From an uncultured virus (IMG/VR IMGVR_UViG_3300044796_000330) (lineage: Duplodnaviria; Heunggongvirae; Uroviricota; Caudoviricetes), in the IMG/VR virus record IMGVR_UViG_3300044796_000330: a stretch of DNA of 64,000 nucleotides, one strand, 5' to 3'. Every line of letters begins with the position of its first letter. Positions within the stretch are counted from its first letter, which is position 1. Positions 9,530 through 17,909 of the stretch are shown piece after piece. The notes beneath the pieces are model-generated. The model had not been told where the DNA came from. It saw only the letters and a program-made list of their open reading frames with translations, and made no database searches. Position numbers and translations under genes: made by a program.

Positions 9530-9919
9530 ATGAGCGGCACGGCAGCAAGAAAAGCAAGATCAAATCCAGATCGATGGTATGGATATCCTGATCGATATAC
9601 GAGCGATTTCTCTGGACCTATAAATAGGCATAGGTCATATCAGACATCAACAGACACGGCACAACTCAAAGGGGCAGCTCAAATGAAGAAGAAAGCAAAA
9701 TCGACCTACAAGATCAAGGAAGACGACACATTGACAGAAGCCGAGTCGCTTTCAAAAATCAAAAAGGCTTGTGAAGGCTGCACCTCAGATGAGGCCTGTT
9801 GTGCTTTTGTTGGACTGAAGAAGGCCGGATGGACGGTTAACATCTCCGATGGAGTCGATCACGAAGGTCGCAAAGGCATCGTGATTTCTTGCACTGAACC
9901 ACTTAACAAGACAGAGTGA
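9530..9919 (+). CDS. hypothetical protein
   Basis: ORF in cluster; start uncertain. Confidence 0.45.
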   Translation: MSGTAARKARSNPDRWYGYPDRYTSDFSGPINRHRSYQTSTDTAQLKGAAQMKKKAKSTYKIKEDDTLTEAESLSKIKKACEGCTSDEACCAFVGLKKAGWTVNISDGVDHEGRKGIVISCTEPLNKTE

Positions 9920-9922
9920 AGC

Positions 9923-10222
9923 ATGAGCCGCACCGCAAAAGATAACAAACGCATTCCTCCTCGCAATCCGCTTGCGGTGCATGCCAAAAGTCGCGGTGCG
10001 GGAAAAGCCCCAATGAAGCATCGTTTGGAGCCTAAAAAGGGCGCTAAAAACGATCAAGCAGAGTTGCTTAATGATGTCTATGATTTCCATTGTGGTGGAA
10101 AGGACTGCGGCTCCAATTCTATGATCGAGTCTATTACGAGCAAGATTGGGGACGCAGATAGATATTTGCTTGGCGATTGCATTTGTGATTGTGATGTCTG
10201 CCGTAATATTTGTCGTGGTTAA
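9923..10222 (+). CDS. hypothetical Cys-rich protein
   Basis: PRNPLA..RGAG basic N-terminus; CICDCDVC C-terminus. Confidence 0.5.
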   Translation: MSRTAKDNKRIPPRNPLAVHAKSRGAGKAPMKHRLEPKKGAKNDQAELLNDVYDFHCGGKDCGSNSMIESITSKIGDADRYLLGDCICDCDVCRNICRG

Positions 10223-10227
10223 TCCAA

Positions 10228-10608
10228 ATGAACGACAACGAACGCGAAGAGATTATACGCTCCTCCATTGCCGCAATGAAGGCGAGGGGCGCCGTTCTCA
10301 CTCCCCAACAATGGGGAATTGAGTGGAGCAAGAAGGAGCATCGTTTCGTTATGCAGAACAGCAAGTGTTGCTGTGCTCTCGGTTGCGTCATTCTTGCAGA
10401 GCAGGAGAAGCTCAAAGACACCAACATCAACGAGTGGAGGAACCTCTACATTGAGAACATCCTCAAGGTTGATGTGCAATGGGTTAGAGAGTTTCAATCC
10501 GGTTTCGACGGGCACAAGAAAGCCAACAATAGTGAGAACGGTGCTTATGAGTTAGGGCTTCTTCTCCGTAGTGAAGCTAAACACGATAAGCAAGAAACTT
10601 CGCCATGA
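10228..10608 (+). CDS. hypothetical protein (helical family H)
   Basis: CCALG...FQSGFDG...YELGLLLR. Confidence 0.55.
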   Translation: MNDNEREEIIRSSIAAMKARGAVLTPQQWGIEWSKKEHRFVMQNSKCCCALGCVILAEQEKLKDTNINEWRNLYIENILKVDVQWVREFQSGFDGHKKANNSENGAYELGLLLRSEAKHDKQETSP

Positions 10609-10907
10609 GATCCGAAGCTCGTAAATACATCAATCACGAGAACTTTCTATCCAGAATTCCATACATAGGCCGAGCAAACACCATCCGATTTGTGGATGCT
10701 CTGTATAATAAGGGAACCATTTCGGCTGAAATTACGCAGATTCACCAACTATCATACTCGACACACATACTCGAACTGTTCATAACCGCCGAGAGCAAAA
10801 GCAAACGCAAGGTTCTCGACGAGATAATGAAAGCCGTTCCATCTGAAATCGTAGAGACGAAGAAGAACACGTTCAGAGTATCGTGGGATCCAGTATCACT
10901 GATTTAG
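10605..10907 (+). CDS. hypothetical protein
   Basis: ATGA-coupled ORF. Confidence 0.5.
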   Translation: MRSEARKYINHENFLSRIPYIGRANTIRFVDALYNKGTISAEITQIHQLSYSTHILELFITAESKSKRKVLDEIMKAVPSEIVETKKNTFRVSWDPVSLI

Positions 10908-10912
10908 AACCA

Positions 10913-11383
10913 ATGCATATTGATGACTGGAATCCAAAATACTCCACGGAGATATATTGGCGCAAGCACAAGAAAGTATTTCTGTCAGCTATGAGCGCTA
11001 TTAATCTTACAAGCAACATAATTCGGTTGTGTCTTAGAAAATCGCCATACGAACGATGGCCGTGGCGACCGCATGGCGAGCAATGTGCATGTAGTTTTTG
11101 CAGAAACATCCGCCTGTATTTCAGACGATACCTGACAATACAAGGTGAAAGGATAGAAGTCTCCATTATATCGGATGGGATCGAGAATGAGATCGAGATC
11201 TACAGTGGGGAAGGTGGGAATGATTATAGACCCGCAATCGTTATGTTTCTCTACAATCTCACAGACCATCAATTCTTAGATCTCCTCCATATGAAAAGTC
11301 CGTTCATTGTGCCATCTGGCGTTATTGACGACAAAACTTTTATGGCGGCGTTCAGGCGCGGGGAAGTGCGCGGCAGCCCTTGA
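10913..11383 (+). CDS. hypothetical protein
   Basis: ORF with CACSFC motif. Confidence 0.45.
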   Translation: MHIDDWNPKYSTEIYWRKHKKVFLSAMSAINLTSNIIRLCLRKSPYERWPWRPHGEQCACSFCRNIRLYFRRYLTIQGERIEVSIISDGIENEIEIYSGEGGNDYRPAIVMFLYNLTDHQFLDLLHMKSPFIVPSGVIDDKTFMAAFRRGEVRGSP

Positions 11384-11408
11384 CATAGCCACACCGCATC
11401 ACTAACTT
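11380..11408 (+). promoter_or_regulatory. sigma70-type promoter
   Basis: TTGACA-17nt-TAACTT. Confidence 0.55.
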
Positions 11409-11479
11409 GTGCGAGGCAAGCCCTCTCGATGGGCGACAAATTTCGGCAACCGAATCATAACAATCAGGAGAACAATACA

Positions 11480-11914
11480 ATGGGTAAGTTTCAGACAGCA
11501 GACGTCAATGGCAAGATTCAGCTTATCAAGGATAGCTTCAATGAGCTTATCGGGCAGATTTCCAACGAGCCAGATAAGATTCGTGATATCCTGAAGCTTG
11601 GGGAGAAGCCCAAGCCGGTAGCCGCGATTCATACGCCACTTCACGGCAACGAAAGCGAAGAGCGTCGTAAGGAAATCGAGGGCATCAACGCTCTTGCTGA
11701 CACTCGTGCAACTGAGGAGACTGCTCGTCTTGAGCAGGAATACGCTTCGAAGATTGAGGCAGTGAATAACATCGGCGAGGCCATCAAGAAGATGGGGAAG
11801 AAGGAAGGATGCATCTGCGGAACTTGCTTCAACACCGAGGCCACCAACGGTTCTCTTTCTCCCGACTTTGAGCCTCTAATTGACATTGCTCGCACAATCG
11901 CCGAAAACAGCTAA
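11480..11914 (+). CDS. hypothetical coiled-coil protein
   Basis: AGGAG RBS; CICGTC motif. Confidence 0.6.
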   Translation: MGKFQTADVNGKIQLIKDSFNELIGQISNEPDKIRDILKLGEKPKPVAAIHTPLHGNESEERRKEIEGINALADTRATEETARLEQEYASKIEAVNNIGEAIKKMGKKEGCICGTCFNTEATNGSLSPDFEPLIDIARTIAENS

Positions 11915-11917
11915 ATA

Positions 11918-12694
11918 ATGGCTGCCAAGCTCGAATCACATCAGCTGAATAGCGCTTGGGTTAAAGAACTCAGGAGGACGTGGCGGCCGGAATTGGTAGC
12001 TTCTCTTGTAGAGAAGAGACTATCCGATCCAGAACACGTCGGGCCTCACTATTGGCCTGGCTCAAAAGAGCTTCCGAGCGATGTTCTTGTATCTCTTGCT
12101 GAAGATGCCGATGAGTTTCGAAAGAAGCTCGTCCCGGCTGTCAGGATACTTTTGTATCATGTCCTGCACGATGATAAGGACAGCCACAAGAACAGTATGG
12201 TCAAAAGCCTATTTGACCTGATCAAGGACGTCAATATCGCTGAATGTGGCGAACTTGTGTATGGCTGGCTGAAAGAGCACTACTCGCTTCTTCTCTCGAA
12301 GAGGGATAGCGAGAGGGAGCTTTACCGAGCTGCTCTCTGCTGTTTTGCCCGTGTTCAACCAGTCAATACAGTTATCGAGCTGTTCTGGTCAAACATTTGG
12401 CTCAATGCAGATAGCTATTGGTGGGCTGTGGCTTTTCTCGGGCTTCGCGTCCAGAATCCCGAACTTGCCTGCACACATCTCCCGCTATTCACATCTCGCA
12501 AACTCACAACCGCTCACAACATTTTGAGCGGTATGTGGAGTGATATCAATTGCAGACCTGCGTTCATCGACGCTCTTAAGAGGGGGCTTCGCGCAACATC
12601 TGGATGGGCTGGGATTGCTATCAACGAAACATATGGCATATTGCAAGAGACCGAACGTAAAATGCTGCTTGCTACTCTACACGATACATATTAA
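11918..12694 (+). CDS. hypothetical alpha-helical protein
   Basis: 258-aa ORF. Confidence 0.6.
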   Translation: MAAKLESHQLNSAWVKELRRTWRPELVASLVEKRLSDPEHVGPHYWPGSKELPSDVLVSLAEDADEFRKKLVPAVRILLYHVLHDDKDSHKNSMVKSLFDLIKDVNIAECGELVYGWLKEHYSLLLSKRDSERELYRAALCCFARVQPVNTVIELFWSNIWLNADSYWWAVAFLGLRVQNPELACTHLPLFTSRKLTTAHNILSGMWSDINCRPAFIDALKRGLRATSGWAGIAINETYGILQETERKMLLATLHDTY

Positions 12695-12706
12695 AGGAGA
12701 CAGGTT

Positions 12707-13315
12707 TTGATCTACCATAGCATTGACTCGACAATTAAGCATCGTAAAATTGAGGAGCTTGTTGATCTTCCGAAGGTTGTTCTTGTCAATAAATTCGACG
12801 AGGAGAGCGCGAAGAACTTTCGCCATGACTTCACGAAAGCCATCAATACTGGACAGAAAGTAATTCCGGTTGTTATCGATTCGTTCGGTGGAGAAGTCTA
12901 TTCTCTAATGAGTATGGTGGCAACAATTCAGTCTTCTCCTGTTAAGGTGGCAACGATTAGCACCGGAAAGTCTATGAGTTGTGGTAGTATTCTTCTGAGC
13001 TGCGGCGAAGAAGGTATGCGTTATATCGATCCTGCGGCGACCGTGATGATTCACGATGTAGCGAATATGGCTTGGGGCAAGATTGAAGATCTTAAAGCCA
13101 GCACGGCAGAAGCAGATCGTCTCAATCAGATTGTGTTCAAGCTTATGGCGAAGAATTGCGGTAAGGATGATGATTACTTCTTCCGTTTGATTGATGAAGC
13201 AAAGCATGCTGACCTTTATCTTGATGCAAAGGCCTGCAAGCACCATAACTTGGCAAATCACATTCGTTTCCCGTCATTCAAAGTCAAGGTGAGTAGCGAA
13301 GTTTCGTTCTCATAA
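12707..13315 (+). CDS. clpP: ClpP-like protease
   Basis: IDSFGGEV, KSMSCGS, VMIHD, DLYLDA..NL motifs; AAGGAG RBS before TTG start. Confidence 0.85.
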   Translation: MIYHSIDSTIKHRKIEELVDLPKVVLVNKFDEESAKNFRHDFTKAINTGQKVIPVVIDSFGGEVYSLMSMVATIQSSPVKVATISTGKSMSCGSILLSCGEEGMRYIDPAATVMIHDVANMAWGKIEDLKASTAEADRLNQIVFKLMAKNCGKDDDYFFRLIDEAKHADLYLDAKACKHHNLANHIRFPSFKVKVSSEVSFS

Positions 13316-13327
13316 GAGAAACACACA

Positions 13328-13675
13328 ATGTATCTACGCAAAGGCTTTAAGCGCCTACAACATAAAGGCATATCAGAAGCGATAGAGAGTTTTCGAACAG
13401 AATTTGGTGCTACAAAAGGCATCGTTCATGTCGGATATGATCTCCGCATTAGCGGAAACGACATCGTTGTATGCGTTAGCCGCAATAATGTGAAACTTCC
13501 TCCGCTGTGGGAGAATTACAGGATCGTGAAATACGATCTATCATCTATGCGAAAACAATCCGCAGCTATATTGAAACGTCTCCAAGACGAAAAGATTGAC
13601 ATCAGCGATCCCCAAACACAATACTTCTATCAGCTTATGGTCGCCGGAAACACAATCTGCAACAAGCTGGGGTGA
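13328..13675 (+). CDS. hypothetical protein
   Basis: ORF in cluster. Confidence 0.5.
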   Translation: MYLRKGFKRLQHKGISEAIESFRTEFGATKGIVHVGYDLRISGNDIVVCVSRNNVKLPPLWENYRIVKYDLSSMRKQSAAILKRLQDEKIDISDPQTQYFYQLMVAGNTICNKLG

Positions 13676-13825
13676 TGTCGTGCTTCAAAAATCTGCCATT
13701 GTCATCTGGCGAAACCGCTTGGTGGTAATGGCGTTGCTTGTAATTGTTGGTCTTTTGATCGAAGATCACTACAGGGTAAGGCATTCTTCGAAGCACGTAG
13801 ATACTATTCACAGGGCAAATGGACA

Positions 13826-14038
13826 ATGAGTATTGGCAAGTGTTCTTGTTTGAGTGTAAAGGACTTCAAGCTTGGGGATAGAGTCAAAGTGGTGTTCATT
13901 GAGACATTATGGAAGCGTCATTTTGATGTTGGGTCAATTGGAACCGTTCTTTATATTGGTGCCAGCAACATTGATGTTCGTATAGAAGGCTACGGAATAA
14001 CCACGCTTGCATCTCAGAGGTTAGTCAAAATCAAATGA
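13826..14038 (+). CDS. small SH3-like protein (GKCSCL family)
   Basis: GKCSCL..F.LGD.V.VV shared with 52874-53777 cluster. Confidence 0.65.
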   Translation: MSIGKCSCLSVKDFKLGDRVKVVFIETLWKRHFDVGSIGTVLYIGASNIDVRIEGYGITTLASQRLVKIK

Positions 14039-14544
14039 ACTCCAAATACCAAAAACACATAGAGCAACTGGCAACTGAGCTTGGCTGCAAAATTGTGCAG
14101 AGGGCAAATATGCCAGGCATGATGTATGTTGAGTTAGGTTATGTCGAGATCCCTACGGTTGAAAACCAGATACACTATCTAACAGGCTTACACGAATTGG
14201 CGCATTTTGCTAACGGAGATACACAAGGTCGTCCGCCTCATCAGGACAAGAAAGCCTATTTCGACAAGGGCGTTCTTCACTGCGAAGCTGCTGCCTGGAA
14301 TTGGGCACTCGACAGATGCATTGATGAAGTATCTGATGCGTCTCGTAAGTTCATGTGGGATACCTGTCTCGGATCTTATTACCTCGGTAGCATTCACGCA
14401 AAAGGCAAACCATCCCGTCTAATGAACGGAGATCGTCATCACGTTGAATTTGTCTATGACGAGCCCGACGAATACTTTACCAATACCGTTAAGCGTATTC
14501 AGGGAGACCTAACAAACTTTGCGATTAAGTATCCAAATGGCTAA
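14035..14544 (+). CDS. HExxH zincin-like protein
   Basis: LHELAH...EAAAWNWA. Confidence 0.6.
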   Translation: MNSKYQKHIEQLATELGCKIVQRANMPGMMYVELGYVEIPTVENQIHYLTGLHELAHFANGDTQGRPPHQDKKAYFDKGVLHCEAAAWNWALDRCIDEVSDASRKFMWDTCLGSYYLGSIHAKGKPSRLMNGDRHHVEFVYDEPDEYFTNTVKRIQGDLTNFAIKYPNG

Positions 14545-14761
14545 AATCGGAAAATGCAATGCTGGCGCCAACGTCTACGACTTCATCTATCCAGTCGAGG
14601 TTGTTGTCGTCTATGGTGAGAGTTATCTTGTTGGTAAGAAAGGTTTCGTGTATTCTAACCAGCCATTTAGAAAGTCTAACATTCTCAGGGTTGCATTAGA
14701 TGGGCGTCTCGATGTTGTGGAACTTCCCGCGCAATCATTGCGAATATGTCGAGATAGATAG
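14537..14761 (+). CDS. small SH3-like protein (divergent GKC family)
   Basis: IGKC..DF..VEVVVVY..L. Confidence 0.5.
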   Translation: MAKIGKCNAGANVYDFIYPVEVVVVYGESYLVGKKGFVYSNQPFRKSNILRVALDGRLDVVELPAQSLRICRDR

Positions 14762-14781
14762 CGAATATGTCGAGATGGGTA
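14740..14781. repeat. imperfect 21-bp tandem duplication
   Basis: GCGAATATGTCGAGATAGATA / GCGAATATGTCGAGATGGGTA. Confidence 0.85.
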
Positions 14782-14798
14782 CTGATATATAACCATAT

Positions 14799-15617
14799 GT
14801 GCCTGACAAGATTCTACTCATAGATGCCCTGAACTTCATATACAGAGGAAACGTCAGCTTTAAGCCAAGCGAGAAAACCTCTCAATTCACCGTAGTTTAT
14901 GCGTTCTTTCGAAATCTTCGAGCGTTAATTGAGCAATTCTCCCCATATCGTGTTTTCTTTGCTCTCGAAGGCTCAAACAACTTCCGATACAAACTGTATT
15001 CCGATTACAAGGCAAACCGTATTATAAAGCGCGGATCGGTGGTTCCGCCCGAACTTTTCGATGCACAAAGAGATATTATCGTCAATCTTCTTCCGAGCCT
15101 GCCAATCACTCTCGTCAAAGCAAACGGATACGAGGCAGACGATACGATTTTCAACCTTGCACTATCTCTGCAAGACGAACATATTACCGTAGTAAGCACA
15201 GACAAGGATTATACGCAGCTCCTTCAAAAGGGACTCCCTAACATCGAAGTATTCAATCCCACCAAGAAAGAGCTTTTCAAGCTTCCAGATTATCACTTCA
15301 TCACGTTCTTATCTCTTGCGGGAGACTCATCAGACAATATACCAGGATTAGTTAGCGAAGAGGTTGCGGTAAATCTCGCGCAAGACCCAGATGCATTGCT
15401 TGACTTTTTGTCAATCGAAGAGAATCGTGCCAACTTTAATCTCAATCGAGAACTTATCGAGTTCAAACGATTCGACGACAGTGAGTTTGAATTCACAGAA
15501 TACAACACAGACTTCGATTACCTGAAACTGGAATTCGAGAGAATGGAATTCGCCTCCATCATCGAGCCCAAATATTGGGCAAAGTTCATCAACACATTCA
15601 AGCAACTGGAGACATAG
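14799..15617 (+). CDS. 5'-3' exonuclease / flap endonuclease (PolA N-terminal / T4 RNase H family)
   Basis: LLID, YKANR, EADD, STDKD, GDSSDNIPG motifs. Confidence 0.9.
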   Translation: MPDKILLIDALNFIYRGNVSFKPSEKTSQFTVVYAFFRNLRALIEQFSPYRVFFALEGSNNFRYKLYSDYKANRIIKRGSVVPPELFDAQRDIIVNLLPSLPITLVKANGYEADDTIFNLALSLQDEHITVVSTDKDYTQLLQKGLPNIEVFNPTKKELFKLPDYHFITFLSLAGDSSDNIPGLVSEEVAVNLAQDPDALLDFLSIEENRANFNLNRELIEFKRFDDSEFEFTEYNTDFDYLKLEFERMEFASIIEPKYWAKFINTFKQLET

Positions 15618-15620
15618 CAA

Positions 15621-16127
15621 ATGGGTTTCAAGATCACTCGCCAGAGATACAGCAATGAGAACAACGGGCAAGGTCAGCTCGCGGTAGAAATCTGTTCTGG
15701 CACCAAACACGTTGGTGATGACGTTCTCACAACCCGATACAAGGATTTGGGTGAATCCAAGTATCTTGTCAATCCGGTTGATGCCTTTAACTGCGCAGTC
15801 AGAATTATCAACAAGTGGAATCTTGACTATCACGATGAGCTGAAAAAGGTCGCAATCGTTAACGCTGATGGTAATGGTGGCAAGGAATACTTTGACATCA
15901 GCAGCAAGCGCGAGTTGCAGGAGCTTGAGAAGCTCTCGAAAAACATTCTTGCCAAGATGAGCCACTGCGGAAGCTGTCATCGTCCGCTCGGCAACTCGAA
16001 GAAGATATTCAGCACCGACGATTTGCCAAACCACGAATTCTGCGACGAAGTTTGCGGTTCTCGCAAGTATAGGGATATGTATGGGGTAGAGATGCCGAAA
16101 AAGAAGGTTGCGAAGGTGAGAGTCTAA
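15621..16127 (+). CDS. hypothetical Zn-ribbon protein
   Basis: CGSC...FCDEVC. Confidence 0.55.
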   Translation: MGFKITRQRYSNENNGQGQLAVEICSGTKHVGDDVLTTRYKDLGESKYLVNPVDAFNCAVRIINKWNLDYHDELKKVAIVNADGNGGKEYFDISSKRELQELEKLSKNILAKMSHCGSCHRPLGNSKKIFSTDDLPNHEFCDEVCGSRKYRDMYGVEMPKKKVAKVRV

Positions 16128-16128
16128 A

Positions 16129-16395
16129 ATGCAATACGCGGCCATACTTAATGCGGAGGGTGGTTGGAAGGCTGTCCTCGTTAGGAGAGACGGAACTGTG
16201 TCCATTGTTCAGATTGCCAGATGGGGATCAACAACGGCTACGTTTTCCGATCCGGCTCCCCTTTCAAGTTATGGGGAAGACTTGAGAGCCAAAAAGAACT
16301 TCGTGCTAATGCTAAATCCCAATTACCCAATGACCGATGAGCAAATTGCATCCGCAGCGAAACGCAAGGCACGCGAACTTCGCTGGATCGATTGA
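16129..16395 (+). CDS. hypothetical protein
   Basis: ORF abutting previous gene. Confidence 0.5.
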   Translation: MQYAAILNAEGGWKAVLVRRDGTVSIVQIARWGSTTATFSDPAPLSSYGEDLRAKKNFVLMLNPNYPMTDEQIASAAKRKARELRWID

Positions 16396-16420
16396 CAACG
16401 CCACATCGAGTGGTTAGCAT
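16392..16420 (+). promoter_or_regulatory. sigma70-type promoter upstream of the candidate ncRNA
   Basis: TTGACA-17nt-TAGCAT. Confidence 0.75.
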
Positions 16421-16431
16421 CTAAAAGACTT

Positions 16432-16661
16432 GGGAGCTGGGATCGCCGCACTCTGTCGGACGAGAGGCTTGCGCGATGCGCGTCGAACGCACGCAAGCCC
16501 GCGACACGTGCTCTATGGCACTCCATTTGAGGCAGGCGCCCATATGGTCTCTCTGACGTGTCCGCGGCCTACCCTGGCGCGTAGCCGCAAAGCGTGGCTA
16601 ACCTCGACACCGAGACTTGACCATCAGCCAGCCGATCGTGTGAAAACGACTGCTCCCGCCA
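16432..16661 (+). ncRNA. unclassified ~230-nt structured RNA with tRNA-like GGGAGC.../...GCUCCC-GCCA ends
   Basis: GC-rich island after a promoter; terminal 6-bp stem plus GCCA; several internal stems. Confidence 0.65.
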
Positions 16662-16681
16662 ATTTCACCACAACAACTACT

Positions 16682-17041
16682 ATGTCTATGCCGGAAAGCT
16701 ACAAGCGATGCTATAACAAATTGCGTGTTGGGGACTTCTTGTGTTTAGGATTGAGAGCGGACGGTTCATTGTCTTGGTGCGAAGATGAGGCATCGTCTCA
16801 AACACCACCAGTAAAAGTGATTGGTATTTCTGCCAGACAGTCCAATATGGAAGGATATCGCAAATACCTGCTCGTCGGAAGCAACGTGCATGTTCCTGGT
16901 TTCTGGATAGAAAACAGCGGAAGCTTGCCGCAATCAGAAGTCTTCTTGGAGAAGGCTGATGATTTTGACCAATACACCTATTGTAGGTGGATTTATGGTC
17001 AGAATCGAATTGTCAAGATCGACAAGCGACGGGCAGTGTAA
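16682..17041 (+). CDS. hypothetical protein (C..K/R.R.GD family)
   Basis: Paralog of 17041, 36774, 59742, 60436; start set by N-terminal alignment. Confidence 0.6.
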   Translation: MSMPESYKRCYNKLRVGDFLCLGLRADGSLSWCEDEASSQTPPVKVIGISARQSNMEGYRKYLLVGSNVHVPGFWIENSGSLPQSEVFLEKADDFDQYTYCRWIYGQNRIVKIDKRRAV

Positions 17042-17412
17042 TGACTAACATCGGCAACAAATATTGCATCAACCGTTTGTGTGCGGGTGATTTTATTCGC
17101 CTCGGGTTGAGTGAGAATGGTTCGCTGGCGACCACATCGAATGATACTCGTAATACTGTTCGTTCGGAGACGCCGTTTGTAAAGGTGATTGGACAATCCG
17201 AAAGATTAACAAATCACCCTGACCATACAAAGTATCTATTACTTGGCTGTATGTCGCATACCACGGGTTTCTGGCATAGAGAAAGTAGCAGCCTGCTTTC
17301 GAAAGACGAAAGATTCATCTCTGTATCTGACGACTTTGCCAACTATACGTGGTGCAGATGGTGGTATGGACAAAACGTAATCACCAAGATCGAAAAACAA
17401 CGGAAGCTATGA
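17041..17412 (+). CDS. hypothetical protein (C..K/R.R.GD family)
   Basis: Tandem paralog: GDF..LGL..GSL..VKVIG..GFW..YT.CRW.YGQN. Confidence 0.65.
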   Translation: MTNIGNKYCINRLCAGDFIRLGLSENGSLATTSNDTRNTVRSETPFVKVIGQSERLTNHPDHTKYLLLGCMSHTTGFWHRESSSLLSKDERFISVSDDFANYTWCRWWYGQNVITKIEKQRKL

Positions 17413-17909
17413 CCCCACGCTCCGCCTCCGTCAATCTATTGGCAAACTACGCAGCCATCGCTCGTGGCAATGTAGAGGCTCTCGCTCGACGAGAAGCTAT
17501 CGCTGGCAGCGAGAACCTAAAAGGTTATTGCGCCATTGCTTCAAGACACTTGTGGATGATGGCCATCCACTTAAAACCAGTTCTTTGTGCCGGTGTATTT
17601 CGCCAATACGACAAGGACACCAACAAGTATTTTCCCATCTCTGGGCACGTGTGGCTTGAATTGGATGGATACATCGTTGATATCACGGCAACCCAATTTG
17701 CTGGCACACCAAGCAAAGTCAAGAGGGATTTCGGCAAAACTGTATATGTTTCCCCGTTGCCGAATCCACACTATCTAAAGACACACTCGGGCGATAAGGC
17801 TTTCGAGAGAATCCGGAATTGGCACGAGGCGCCTCTTGACGATATATGCGCCACGATTCCAGATCACACGCGCCTTCTAACAACTCGCCGCCGCAAGAAA
17901 TCAAAATGA
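17409..17909 (+). CDS. transglutaminase/papain-like Cys-His-Asp protein
   Basis: GYCAIAS...GHVWLE..G.IVDITATQF. Confidence 0.55.
   Translation: MTPRSASVNLLANYAAIARGNVEALARREAIAGSENLKGYCAIASRHLWMMAIHLKPVLCAGVFRQYDKDTNKYFPISGHVWLELDGYIVDITATQFAGTPSKVKRDFGKTVYVSPLPNPHYLKTHSGDKAFERIRNWHEAPLDDICATIPDHTRLLTTRRRKKSK

Noticed and set aside
16432..16661. tmRNA, RNase P RNA or canonical tRNA call
   Set aside because: No G3-U70 pair, no TTCRA T-loop, no GAGGAAAGUCC and no D/anticodon arms; kept only as an unclassified RNA
16430..16681. TTG-started N-terminal extension of the 16682 gene
   Set aside because: Paralogs align only from about ATG 16682, and the region is better explained as structured RNA
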